Source: a virus
Taxonomy: Duplodnaviria; Caudoviricetes
Length of the DNA stretch: 48,887 nucleotides
Direction: 5' to 3' (one strand)
Virus record (IMG/VR): IMGVR_UViG_3300043683_000017
Coordinates: 1-48,887 of that record
Positions 8,738 through 17,998 of the stretch are shown here, piece after piece. The position numbers and the translations under genes were made by a program. Each line of letters starts with the position of its first letter. The stretch's first letter is position 1. The notes below the pieces were generated by a model that was not told the origin of the DNA, did not search any database, and saw nothing but the letters and a program-made list of their open reading frames with translations.

Positions 8738-9604
8738 TTACGACTTCATCCGGGCGGCGAGCAGGTCGGCGATGTCCGCCGCGGTCGCCGGCTTGGGGAG
8801 GAGCGCTGCGACTTTCACGGCGAGCGCGTCGAGGTCGATGCCGCCGATGGCCAGGGCGCCGACCTTCTCGTGGGTGTCGACGATCCGGCCGTACACGTCG
8901 GGAATGTGCCCGTGCCCGGCCTTGACGCTCGCTGCGTCGGCCGCCTCGTTGCGGTAGGAGTTCGTGCGCAGCGCGACGCGCACCGCGAGCTTGTCGATCT
9001 CAGCGTCGGTCATGGGCATGTCGTTCTCCTTGGCGTGCGCCCAACTGCGGAGCTGGGCAAAGGTCAGCGGGCAGTAGTCGCGGTCGACACCGGACGCCCC
9101 GTACTGGTGGAACAGCCACATGTGGTCGATGCCGGGCTGGCCGGCGGGCTTGTTCGCGGTGGCGATCCACAGGAAGTCGCCGTACTCGCCGTGCGGGTCC
9201 CGGTTGAGGTAGTCGGTGTTTGCGTAGGTGCCGACCTGGTGCAGCGGCAGGGCGGACCGCAGTCGGGCCAGGAACGCGACCTTGTACGCGATCTGCCGGG
9301 AGAAGGCGACGCCCTTGTTCGCGTCGTCGTAGCCCTCCCAGTCGAGGACGAGGATGTCGCCCGTCTGCGGCTTGGCGGCGGACAGGAAGTACCCGGCTTC
9401 GATGACCGGGTCGGCTGCCATGTGCGGGTAGTGGTAGTGGCCGACCACGAGGCCGTCAGCGCGTGCGTGTGCGGCCTGCGCGGCGTGCAGCGGGTTGGTG
9501 TACCCAGTGCCCTCCGTGGCCTTCACAAAGGCGAAGCCGAGCCCGGTGGTGGGCGGGGTCGCCGACTGGTACGACGCCCAGTCCTGGCCGTAGGTGCCGG
9601 TCAT
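8738..9604 (-). CDS. Endolysin, GH25 muramidase
   Basis: GQDWASYQ, FAFVKATEG, GHYHY, LDWE (DxE), LWIA, FHQY, VDRD motifs. Confidence 0.9.
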   Translation of the reverse strand: MTGTYGQDWASYQSATPPTTGLGFAFVKATEGTGYTNPLHAAQAAHARADGLVVGHYHYPHMAADPVIEAGYFLSAAKPQTGDILVLDWEGYDDANKGVAFSRQIAYKVAFLARLRSALPLHQVGTYANTDYLNRDPHGEYGDFLWIATANKPAGQPGIDHMWLFHQYGASGVDRDYCPLTFAQLRSWAHAKENDMPMTDAEIDKLAVRVALRTNSYRNEAADAASVKAGHGHIPDVYGRIVDTHEKVGALAIGGIDLDALAVKVAALLPKPATAADIADLLAARMKS

Positions 9605-10554
9605 CACAGGCCCCGCGCCTTGAGCCACGCGTCCTCGACGGGGCGGCGGGCGCGGATCGCTGCGGCGAGGGCCTTGTCGACGTCCACCGGAATCGGCGCC
9701 GGCGGGACAGGCACCGGTGCGGGCGGCGGCGGGATGACGACCGGGAACGGCTTGCCGTCGGTGATGACCGTGTACGCCGCGGCGAACGCGTGCATGTCGA
9801 CGCCCGCCAGGAACGCGTCATCCTTCAGGTGCTCCGGCCAGATCACCGCGTACACCTCGTCGACCTTGTGCGACCAGAACGCGTCGGTGAACGAGGTCTC
9901 GTCGGCCCAGGTGATGAACTTCTCGTCACCACTCAGGGGCCCTGCTCCGCCCGCTCCGTAGCCGCCACCGAGGACGGAGTGGCCGCCCTCGTCGGGAGAG
10001 GTGCGGGAATAGTCCCAGGGCTTGCCGACGGCGAACTGCTGCTGGTTGGACTCCTGGACGGTGATGCCGACCCACAGGCCGCCGAAGATCGCGAGGCCCG
10101 CCTTGACCTCTTCGGTGTTCGTCGGGTTGACCTGCGCGAAGCCGAGGGCCTTCACGCCGTCGGGGCCGCCGTGCTTGACGAGGTACTCCAGCAGGGTCTG
10201 GATGTCCATGCCCTGGTCGTGGCTGGACCCGGGGCCGTTGGTGTCGGCGGATCCGTTGGGGTCGAACCCGGGGTTCTGGGTCTTGTAGATCGCCCAGACC
10301 TGGTCCTGGGTGGGGTAGACCTCGTGGCCGCCGAGCAGAGCGGTCAGCAGTCGGCGGAAGTTCGCCCAGGTGACCGCGACGCAGTCGCCTGCGATGTCGT
10401 TGCCGAGCATCTGCCATCCGCGGCCGAGGCGGGCGAGGTAGTCGGCTGCCGCGGGGTGCGCGGGGACGATGCCGGTGAGGAAGGTGCCGAGTTGGAGGGC
10501 GCGGGCCCTCTTGGGTGGGCGGCGGCCGTACTTGCGCGGGTGGGTGGTGCTCAT
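9604..10554 (-). CDS. Papain-like cysteine peptidase in the lysis operon
   Basis: MLGNDIAGDCV (Cys), GGHSVLGGGY (His), FITWA; RBS AGGAG; TGATG coupling to the endolysin. Confidence 0.7.
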   Translation of the reverse strand: MSTTHPRKYGRRPPKRARALQLGTFLTGIVPAHPAAADYLARLGRGWQMLGNDIAGDCVAVTWANFRRLLTALLGGHEVYPTQDQVWAIYKTQNPGFDPNGSADTNGPGSSHDQGMDIQTLLEYLVKHGGPDGVKALGFAQVNPTNTEEVKAGLAIFGGLWVGITVQESNQQQFAVGKPWDYSRTSPDEGGHSVLGGGYGAGGAGPLSGDEKFITWADETSFTDAFWSHKVDEVYAVIWPEHLKDDAFLAGVDMHAFAAAYTVITDGKPFPVVIPPPPAPVPVPPAPIPVDVDKALAAAIRARRPVEDAWLKARGL

Positions 10555-10580
10555 GCGGGTGCTCCTGTCGTCGCGGCGTC

Positions 10581-10627
10581 CCTTCGAATCGTAGCCCTGA
10601 CCCGCAGTATTGCCCACGAATCGAAGG
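10581..10627. promoter_or_regulatory. Two oppositely oriented copies of the 15-bp motif in a divergent intergenic region
   Basis: CCTTCGAATCGTAGC (10581-10595) and CCCACGAATCGAAGG (10613-10627). Confidence 0.6.
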
Positions 10628-10744
10628 TAACGGCTACGCTGTGCCTAGGTCGTGCGGACTCCGACCCGGCGGCGGGCCGCGCCGTGCGGGTGCTCGGTCC
10701 GCCGCCCCAACCCGCACCCACCCCGCCCGCACGCGGAGGACAAG

Positions 10745-11311
10745 ATGAGCAACACCCCTCAACGCCCGCCTGCTGTTCGCGAACTTGCCGAGGCCATCCG
10801 ACTGACCCGCGAGTACGTCGGCGAAGAGCTGCTCCCCCCCGTCGAGGGCTGGTCCTGGTTCGACGCCTTGCGCCGATGGGCCCCCGAGTACCTACCGTGC
10901 ACGGCGCCGGCCGCTGTCACTGGATGGGGCGCCCTCGCACCCTGCCCGATGCTGGCCCAGCAGCACGCGCACGACGCCCACGAATGGGACGAAGGAGAGA
11001 AGCGCTGCCCGGGGTACGGCGAGCCGAACGAAGGCCAACCGGAGCCCTCGCCGCCGCAGACCGCCGAGGAGAAGGTGCGCGACCTGGAGCACGTCATCGA
11101 GCGCGTCCGCGAGACCGTCGGCACCGACATGGTCCTCGTCTCCTGCGAGCAGCACGAAGCCCGCATCACCGAACTCGCCGCCGCCCTGTCGGAAGTCCTC
11201 GCCCGCTTCGTCCACGACACGCACCCCGGGCGCCCGTGCAAGCAGTCCGGCCACGTCCACGTCGAGACCATTGCCCGCTGGCGCAACGTGCTCGACAGGA
11301 AGGTGAGCTGA
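10745..11311 (+). CDS. Hypothetical protein
   Basis: ATG after GGAGG; typical codon bias; Cys/His cluster and coiled segment. Confidence 0.7.
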   Translation: MSNTPQRPPAVRELAEAIRLTREYVGEELLPPVEGWSWFDALRRWAPEYLPCTAPAAVTGWGALAPCPMLAQQHAHDAHEWDEGEKRCPGYGEPNEGQPEPSPPQTAEEKVRDLEHVIERVRETVGTDMVLVSCEQHEARITELAAALSEVLARFVHDTHPGRPCKQSGHVHVETIARWRNVLDRKVS

Positions 11312-11312
11312 A

Positions 11313-12077
11313 ATGGCCCGCCTGAGAATCCTCGAACTCCCCGCAGGCGACCGTGATGAGCGCCCGCCGTTCACTGTGGTGATCGACCAGATCGGCGACG
11401 GCGATGCGGCGGCGCAACTGCTCGGCTCCCCCGGGGACGGGGCTGTCACTGCCGACATCCCCGAAGCCGACTACCCCCTGCGCATGGCCTCCGTCGACGA
11501 ACCAGCCCCCGAGGAAGGCGAGACCGCCGCCCCGGCACTCGCCGCGCTCGCGCTGGACACCCTCGGCATCGACCTCACAGCCGGTCAGCCGGTGCCCGCC
11601 CACGCCTTGGACAACGCGTGCCGCCAACTTGCCAAGTCCGAGGACGCCCGGAAGCACCTGCGCGACGACATCAAGGCGATGTCCCGGCAACTCCGCGAAG
11701 CCTTCGGGATCGGCGACGACCCGGCCGTCGACGCCCTCGGCAGCGCCATCGCCATGCTCAACGACGCACGCAGCTGGGCCCGGCACGGCTACGAGATCGG
11801 GCAACGCCACTGCGGCTGGACCGACCACGGCGTCGCCCCGGCATGGCTCACCGAGGGGTGGCCGCCGCACATCGACTCCTGCGAACACTCCAAGCAGGCC
11901 GCCGAGTACGACACGGCGCTAACCCGCGTCGGAAGCCTGACCGACTCACCGGGTGGCGGGTACGAGTCCGACTCGGACTACGCGTTCGGCTACCGGGCCG
12001 CTATCGCCGAGGCCAAGCGAGCCGCAGGAGGCGCCGGACACAAGAAGGTCAAGTCCGATCCCGAGGGGACATCGTGA
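11313..12077 (+). CDS. Hypothetical protein
   Basis: Starts 1 nt after the previous stop; typical codon bias. Confidence 0.7.
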   Translation: MARLRILELPAGDRDERPPFTVVIDQIGDGDAAAQLLGSPGDGAVTADIPEADYPLRMASVDEPAPEEGETAAPALAALALDTLGIDLTAGQPVPAHALDNACRQLAKSEDARKHLRDDIKAMSRQLREAFGIGDDPAVDALGSAIAMLNDARSWARHGYEIGQRHCGWTDHGVAPAWLTEGWPPHIDSCEHSKQAAEYDTALTRVGSLTDSPGGGYESDSDYAFGYRAAIAEAKRAAGGAGHKKVKSDPEGTS

Positions 12078-12271
12078 GGAACCCCCTGGTGAAGATGCTG
12101 GCCCAGGCGACGTGCCTGTGGTCCGCGCTGGTTGCCTTCGCGGTCTTCTGCACGGTCGCCGGGGTCACCAACGCGAGTCTGTGGATCATCCCGTGCGCGG
12201 TCGCGACCGCGTTCTTCGCTGCCGCTGCCCTACTCGCAGACCGGTCGGTACGGAAGCAGGGAAACCGATGA
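12074..12271 (+). CDS. Small 2-TM membrane protein
   Basis: GTGA and ATGA overlaps on both sides; two hydrophobic helices. Confidence 0.65.
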   Translation: MRNPLVKMLAQATCLWSALVAFAVFCTVAGVTNASLWIIPCAVATAFFAAAALLADRSVRKQGNR

Positions 12272-13350
12272 ACGCCCCGCCGAAGATGACCGCCGCCACC
12301 CCACCACTCGACGTCTACGGGTGGCTGGCCGACCGAACCGGCTGCGGCCACATCCGGATCATGACGCCACTCACCCAACTCCGCGAACACGGCCTGCGCA
12401 CCGGCTGGTCCGAACGCCTCGAAACCAGCCAGCTCCCCCGCACCCTCATCGGACAACGCATCTGCAACCCCGGCAAGAACGGGCAGCCCGGTCCATCTGA
12501 CCTATGGCAAGACCTGGCCCGCCGCAAGCACCGGCCGAAGCTCGTGTTCGAGCTGGACGACAACCTGTGGGATGTCGACTACCGCAGCGCCAGCGCCCAC
12601 GAGTTCTTCAACGGGGACTCGGTCGTCACGAACCTCAACACGAACATCCAGTGCGCCGACGCCGTCACCGTCACCACCGAGCCGCTGGCTGACCTAGTAC
12701 GCCATCTGAACCCCAACGTCCACGTGATCCCCAACTACCTCCCTGCTTGGCTGCTGGACCACGAGCGGCCTCGCAGGGACGGGCAGGTCGTCATCGGCTG
12801 GGGAGGGTCCGGCACTCACGAGATGGATCTCGCTGAGGTCGCCCCGTCCCTGCGTCGCTACCTTGAACGCGCGCCAGCTCGGGTCGAGCTACACCTAATG
12901 GGACAGAAAAAGCCGCCCCAGAGATACCGCCACACCGCGCGAGAGACGCTGTCCTGGCCCGAGCGGTACCGGCTCCCACTCGACCGCATCCGATGGTCGC
13001 CATGGACGAACAGCGTGCCTGATTACTGGCGAGCGATCGACTATTCGATCATGTTGGCCCCTCTCCGGGCACACAATTTCAACCGCGGCAAAAGCCCGTT
13101 GCGGGTCCTCGAAGCGGCGATCCTCGGCATCCCCGTCGTGGCCTCCGACTACGGGCCCTACGCCGACTTCGTGCAGCACGGGGTGACCGGGTTCCTCGTC
13201 AAGTCCGACCACGAGTGGGGCAAGCACCTGCGGGCCCTGGTTGAGGACGAGGCGATGCGCACCGAGATGGGCGTGGCAGCCCGACGGCAAGCCGCCGACT
13301 GGACGATCGAACAGCACGCCGACGACTGGCAGAAGGTGCTCGCGCCATGA
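12268..13350 (+). CDS. GT-B fold glycosyltransferase (GT4-like)
   Basis: GCGHIRI, VFELDDNLW, ADAVTVTTEPL, IPNY, IGWGGS, FNRGKSPLRVLEAAILGIPVVASD, GVTGFLV. Confidence 0.88.
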   Translation: MNAPPKMTAATPPLDVYGWLADRTGCGHIRIMTPLTQLREHGLRTGWSERLETSQLPRTLIGQRICNPGKNGQPGPSDLWQDLARRKHRPKLVFELDDNLWDVDYRSASAHEFFNGDSVVTNLNTNIQCADAVTVTTEPLADLVRHLNPNVHVIPNYLPAWLLDHERPRRDGQVVIGWGGSGTHEMDLAEVAPSLRRYLERAPARVELHLMGQKKPPQRYRHTARETLSWPERYRLPLDRIRWSPWTNSVPDYWRAIDYSIMLAPLRAHNFNRGKSPLRVLEAAILGIPVVASDYGPYADFVQHGVTGFLVKSDHEWGKHLRALVEDEAMRTEMGVAARRQAADWTIEQHADDWQKVLAP

Positions 13351-13790
13351 TGACCCCGACCACCCGCTACCTGTGCCCGCTGCCCGGCTGCGGCTGGCAC
13401 CACGACGAGCCGGATCTGGCAGCCGAAGATGCCCTCCGATTCACGCCCGCCCCGTCGGCCAGCACTCCCAGCGAGAGCATCGCGTCCATGGTCGAGCAAT
13501 CCCTCCTCGGACGGGCCGCACGGGTCGAAGCAGCGATCAAGCAGCACGTCGAGACCCACTCTGTCCTGGAATGGATGCGGGAGGTCGACCGTCTCCAGAG
13601 CACTCTCCGGCAGGTCGGCTACGTGACGCCGCCCGAGACCGGCCCGGACGACGAGCAGCTATCGAAGATCTGCTACGCGAGGAACGGCAAGGGCATGCTC
13701 TGCGACCGCAAGCGCGGTCACGACGGGGAGCACGTCGACATCTACGGGCCCCGTGGTGGTACGTGGGCCAAAGGGGAGCCGCCATGCTGA
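13347..13790 (+). CDS. Hypothetical Cys/His-containing protein
   Basis: CPLPGCGWHH and C...CDRKRGHDGEH; overlapping start and stop. Confidence 0.65.
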   Translation: MMTPTTRYLCPLPGCGWHHDEPDLAAEDALRFTPAPSASTPSESIASMVEQSLLGRAARVEAAIKQHVETHSVLEWMREVDRLQSTLRQVGYVTPPETGPDDEQLSKICYARNGKGMLCDRKRGHDGEHVDIYGPRGGTWAKGEPPC

Positions 13791-14473
13791 CCGTCCTTGT
13801 GCCCACCCGGGGCCGGCCCGACAACCTGCGTCGTCTCCAGCAGGCGTTCGTCGGCACCTGCGACCGCCCGACGACCCTGGTTGCCCTGGTCGATCTGGAC
13901 GACCCGTCCCTGCCCGGGTATCAGCAGCTTGCGGACGGTCTGGCGGGGGAGCCGTTCTTCCGGCTGGAGACGGGGCCGCGCCTGCGCCTGGGGCCGACGC
14001 TGGATGCCGCCGCGGTGAAGTGGGCGGGCCGGTCTGAGGCGATCGGGTTCATGGGCGACGACCACGTGCCGCGGACCGTGGGTTGGGATGGTCGGTATCT
14101 CGACGCGCTGGCGGTTCTGGGTACGGGGCTGGTGTACGGGGACGACCTGATCCAGGGTGCGGCGTTGCCGACGCAGGTCGCGATGACGTCGGACATCGTC
14201 CTCGCCACCGGGCACATGGTGCCGCCGGGCGCTGTCCACCTGTACCTCGACAACGCGTGGCTCGCGTTGGGCCGGGCGCTGGACGCGATCACGTACCTGC
14301 CGGACGTGGTGGTCGAGCACGTCCACCCCATCGCGGGCAAGGCGCAGTGGGACGCGGGCTACCAGGAGTGCAACACAGACGCCCTCATGGACGCCGACCG
14401 TGTGGTGTTCGAGCAATGGCAGGCCGAGACGCTGCCCACCTGGGTCCGGAAGATCAAGGAGTACCGACGGTGA
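13784..14473 (+). CDS. GT-A fold glycosyltransferase (GT2-like)
   Basis: VLVPTRGRP, VDLDD, GFMGDDHVPRT.GWD, HLYLDN, VEHVHP; RBS GGGGAG. Confidence 0.8.
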   Translation: MLTVLVPTRGRPDNLRRLQQAFVGTCDRPTTLVALVDLDDPSLPGYQQLADGLAGEPFFRLETGPRLRLGPTLDAAAVKWAGRSEAIGFMGDDHVPRTVGWDGRYLDALAVLGTGLVYGDDLIQGAALPTQVAMTSDIVLATGHMVPPGAVHLYLDNAWLALGRALDAITYLPDVVVEHVHPIAGKAQWDAGYQECNTDALMDADRVVFEQWQAETLPTWVRKIKEYRR

Positions 14474-14673
14474 GCGGCCCCCTATACCTCTCCGCCGAGC
14501 ACATGCGGAAGATTGCCGCGGCGCTGGACGCCATGAGCGAAATGACCAAGACGACTGGGGTCACCTTGCAGCCCTACGGCAACGCCCAGATCGGCATTGA
14601 GGACAACGTGCTGGCCTTCGCGTGGGACAAGGACACCCAGACGTACCTCATCGACGACCGCATCGGGGACTGA
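14470..14673 (+). CDS. Hypothetical protein (67 aa)
   Basis: GTGA overlap; typical codon bias. Confidence 0.6.
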   Translation: MSGPLYLSAEHMRKIAAALDAMSEMTKTTGVTLQPYGNAQIGIEDNVLAFAWDKDTQTYLIDDRIGD

Positions 14674-14676
14674 CTC

Positions 14677-15306
14677 ATGGCCGAGTACCGCTTCTTCCCC
14701 GAGGGCACCGTCCCCCACGTGTCCACCCCGGAATTCCACCAGCACCGCGACCGCGCCCCGCACCTCGAACAGCCCGTCCACCGGGGGCGGCTGGAGAAGG
14801 CCGCCGAGTTCGTCAACGACGCGGCGCTCCGGATCTGGCGGGGCAACACCAGCGGTGAGCCGGCCGGTTTCGTGAACGTCTCCGACCTCGGATGCGGAGA
14901 CGGGGGCCTGCTCTCCCTCCTGGGGTACCTCGGGGACATCAACGCTTGGGGCTACGACTTCCAGCCCAGCAACCAGGCCGGATGGATCGAGCGGGGGGTG
15001 AGCGTCACCTACGCTGACGCGTTCGGCAGGGACCGCGAGAAGGTCATCCTCGGAGACGTCAGCGTGACCACCGAGGTACTGGAGCACCTCGCCGACCCAC
15101 ATGAGGCCGTCCGCTGGATCGGCACCCGCTCCCGCTACCTCGTCGCCTCATCCCCGTGGAACGAGACCCCGGAGTCCCACGACGAGTGCCACGCATGGGG
15201 ATGGGACCAGGACGGATACCGGGCGCTGATCGAGCAGGGCGGGTTCACCGTGATCCGGCACGAGACCGTCGGGCAGTTCCAGCTCATCCTTGGGGAGCGG
15301 CGATGA
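14677..15306 (+). CDS. Class I SAM-dependent methyltransferase
   Basis: DLGCGDG motif I, WGYD, EVLEHLADP. Confidence 0.85.
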   Translation: MAEYRFFPEGTVPHVSTPEFHQHRDRAPHLEQPVHRGRLEKAAEFVNDAALRIWRGNTSGEPAGFVNVSDLGCGDGGLLSLLGYLGDINAWGYDFQPSNQAGWIERGVSVTYADAFGRDREKVILGDVSVTTEVLEHLADPHEAVRWIGTRSRYLVASSPWNETPESHDECHAWGWDQDGYRALIEQGGFTVIRHETVGQFQLILGERR

Positions 15307-15512
15307 CCGGCCTCGACCCCGTCCTCGACGGGCCGATCCGCGAGATCCACACCATCCCCGTGGACGCCTCCCTCACACCCGACGAGGCGTGGGCGGAGAG
15401 CTGCCGCGAAGGCCAGCGGACGACCTACACGGACGGACCCGTCTCGTGGGCCGTGATCCGCTGCGACGGCGTCGAGTGCGCTGACATCAAGCAGGACGGA
15501 GCGAGCGCATGA
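15303..15512 (+). CDS. Hypothetical protein (69 aa)
   Basis: ATGA overlaps at both ends. Confidence 0.6.
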   Translation: MTGLDPVLDGPIREIHTIPVDASLTPDEAWAESCREGQRTTYTDGPVSWAVIRCDGVECADIKQDGASA

Positions 15513-16402
15513 AAGTCCTGCTCACCGGCGCGTCCGGGTTCGTCGGCCGCCACCTCCACCGGGCGTTCGACGACCTGGAGTGGGACGTGACCGCGATCGA
15601 CGTCCGGCCGGCCGGCGGGGTGCGGGTGATGGACGCCCTCGACTACTTCCGCCACGCGGACGAGCAGCACGACCTCGCGATCCACTGCGCCGCGGTCGTC
15701 GGCGGCCGGGCCTCGATCGACGGGTCGCCGCTCGGAGTCGGCACGAACCTTGCCCTGGACTCCTGGTACATGCGCTGGCTCGTCCGTACCGGCACCCCGC
15801 ACGCCGTGTACTTCTCCAGCAGTGCGGCGTACCCGACCGAGTTGCAGCAACCGGGCCCGATCCGCCGGCTGCGCGAGGGCGACATCGACCTTGACAACCC
15901 GCGACCGGCGGACGCCACCTACGGGCTGGCGAAGCTGACCGGGGAGATGCTGGCCCGGTACGCGGAGGCGGAGGGCTGCCGCATCCTCATCCCCCGCCCG
16001 TTCTCCGGGTACGGCGAGGATCAGGCGGACTGCTACCCGTTCCCGGCGTACATCGGCCGGGCCGCCCGCAGGGAGGACCCGTTCGAGATCTGGGGCGACC
16101 CGGGCTCAACCCGGGACTGGATCCACATCTCCGACATCGTGGGCGCGGCCCTCGCCGGGCTGGATCATGGCGTGACCGGGCCGGTGAACCTGGGCTGGGG
16201 TCGGGCCACCCTGTTCGGCGAGCTGGCCACGCTGGTCACCGACACCGCGGGGTACATCCCGCAGTTCAAGCACCTGCCGACAGCGCCGCAGGGCGTCCAC
16301 CACCGGGTGTGCGACCCGTCGCGGATGCTCGGCTTCTACCAGCCCCGGGTGACCCTCGAAGAGGGCGTACAGCGGGCGCTGGCTGCCATCGGAAGGGGCT
16401 AG
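15509..16402 (+). CDS. NAD-dependent epimerase/dehydratase (extended SDR)
   Basis: TGASGFVG, HCAA, FSSSAAY, YGLAK (YxxxK), RDWIHISD. Confidence 0.92.
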   Translation: MKVLLTGASGFVGRHLHRAFDDLEWDVTAIDVRPAGGVRVMDALDYFRHADEQHDLAIHCAAVVGGRASIDGSPLGVGTNLALDSWYMRWLVRTGTPHAVYFSSSAAYPTELQQPGPIRRLREGDIDLDNPRPADATYGLAKLTGEMLARYAEAEGCRILIPRPFSGYGEDQADCYPFPAYIGRAARREDPFEIWGDPGSTRDWIHISDIVGAALAGLDHGVTGPVNLGWGRATLFGELATLVTDTAGYIPQFKHLPTAPQGVHHRVCDPSRMLGFYQPRVTLEEGVQRALAAIGRG

Positions 16403-16404
16403 AC

Positions 16405-16671
16405 ATGCCCCTCTATCGCAAGCGCCCGGTGGAGATCGAGGCCCGCCAGCTCACGCCGGAAACCGTCCGTGACATCAAGCGATGGATCGGCACATCGGCG
16501 CGCATCCATACAGACGGCGTTCCGCTTGGTGCACCCATCAAACTAGCGATCTTCACTCTCGAAGGCGTCATGCTGGCAGACTTCGGCGACTGGATCATCC
16601 GCGGCGTGCAGGGCGAGTTCCACACGTGCAAGCCGGACGTGTTCGACACCACCTACGAGGAGGTGTCGTGA
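16405..16671 (+). CDS. Conserved phage hypothetical protein
   Basis: YRKRPVEIEA...TLEG.M.A..GDWIIRGVQGEF..CKPDVF..TY pattern common in phages. Confidence 0.75.
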   Translation: MPLYRKRPVEIEARQLTPETVRDIKRWIGTSARIHTDGVPLGAPIKLAIFTLEGVMLADFGDWIIRGVQGEFHTCKPDVFDTTYEEVS

Positions 16672-16859
16672 CAGGCCCGGAGCATCTGCGTGAGGGCAAA
16701 CGACTCCTCGCCGAAGCAGCGACGGTCGGCGAGGCCACCCCGGCGGGGCAAGCCACCGCCACCGCGGCCACCGGGCACCTCCTCGCCGCGCAGGTCTGCG
16801 CCTACGCCGCAGCCCAACTCCCCGAGCGGATCACCTGGCAGGAAGCGAGCGACGCATGA
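16668..16859 (+). CDS. Hypothetical protein (63 aa)
   Basis: GTGA and ATGA overlaps; RBS GGAGG. Confidence 0.6.
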   Translation: MTGPEHLREGKRLLAEAATVGEATPAGQATATAATGHLLAAQVCAYAAAQLPERITWQEASDA

Positions 16860-17128
16860 CCGACGACGACAAGGAACGGCGAACGGTATACGGGCGCCTC
16901 GAAGAAGCCGTCGAAGCATGCGCCCGCTTCGAGGAAGCCGAGGGCGTCCTAACCGACTGGGTCGTCGTGTACGCCGCCCAGTCCTACGACGAGGACGGCG
17001 ACAGCCCCGCGCAGATCGGACGCCTCACCCCTCAGGGGAAGGGCGCCCCGTATCACCGGGTGATGGGCCTCCTCGACTACGCGCTGACTCTGTGCCGGGG
17101 GGAGGTCGTCAATGCCCAACGCCCTTGA
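16856..17128 (+). CDS. Hypothetical protein
   Basis: ATGA overlap; LTDWVVV...GLL pattern. Confidence 0.65.
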   Translation: MTDDDKERRTVYGRLEEAVEACARFEEAEGVLTDWVVVYAAQSYDEDGDSPAQIGRLTPQGKGAPYHRVMGLLDYALTLCRGEVVNAQRP

Positions 17129-17750
17129 GGTTACCGTTGTCATCCCCGCGCACCCCGCCCGTGTCGCCAACGGGATGCTCGACCGGGCCGTAGCCAGCGC
17201 GAAGAACCAACTGCTCCCCGCGGCGGACATCAGCATCGCCATCGACGAGACCGGCCAAGGCGCGGCCGCCACCCGGCAGCGCGCCCTCGACGCCGTCACC
17301 ACGCCCTGGGTGGCGTTCCTCGACTCGGATGACTGGTTCTACCCCGAGCACCTACGCGTCCTCGCCGCCGGCGCGCGCATCTACCGGGCCTCGTATGTCT
17401 TCTCGTACTACATGGTCCACTTCCCCGACGGCCGCCCCTGGCCCGGCAACGACCCGCTCGGGCACTTCGGGAAGCCGTTCTCCAATGCGGCCCCGCACCA
17501 GACCACGATCACCACCCTCGTCCGCACCGACCTCGCCAAAGCCATCGGCTTCCAAGACCCGCCCGAGGGCAGTGTCGTCGGCGGGCACCGCGGTGGCGAG
17601 GACTGGCACTTCACCGTCGGCTGCGCCCAGGCCGGAGCGAAGATCGTCCACATTCCGAGGCGCACCTGGGCCTGGGTTCATCACGGCGGCAACTCCAGCG
17701 GCATGCCCGGCCGCGGTGACGCCATCACACCGACAGGAGCCACCACATGA
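17112..17750 (+). CDS. GT2 family glycosyltransferase
   Basis: VTVVIPAH, GAAATRQRAL, VAFLDSDDW, GEDW; RBS GGAGG. Confidence 0.88.
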   Translation: MPNALEVTVVIPAHPARVANGMLDRAVASAKNQLLPAADISIAIDETGQGAAATRQRALDAVTTPWVAFLDSDDWFYPEHLRVLAAGARIYRASYVFSYYMVHFPDGRPWPGNDPLGHFGKPFSNAAPHQTTITTLVRTDLAKAIGFQDPPEGSVVGGHRGGEDWHFTVGCAQAGAKIVHIPRRTWAWVHHGGNSSGMPGRGDAITPTGATT

Positions 17751-17995
17751 CCACCCCCGACCAGCGCCCCGACCCGAACAGCGTGTCCCACGAGGCGGTC
17801 GCCCGAATCGCCCAGCAGCGCGCCGGCGACCTCTACCAGCAGCTCATCCTCCGCGACGCGAAGATCCAGGAGCAGCACGCCTACACCAGCCTGCTCGAAG
17901 GCCGGATCAATGAACTGACCGGCGGCCAGCCCGCGACGGGCGGCACCCACGCCATCGCCCCGAGTGAGACGCAGCCCGCACCGGTAGCGGACTGA
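17747..17995 (+). CDS. Hypothetical coiled-coil protein
   Basis: RBS AGGAG, ATGA overlap; ends 3 nt from the convergent tail gene. Confidence 0.65.
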   Translation: MTTPDQRPDPNSVSHEAVARIAQQRAGDLYQQLILRDAKIQEQHAYTSLLEGRINELTGGQPATGGTHAIAPSETQPAPVAD

Positions 17996-17998
17996 GCG

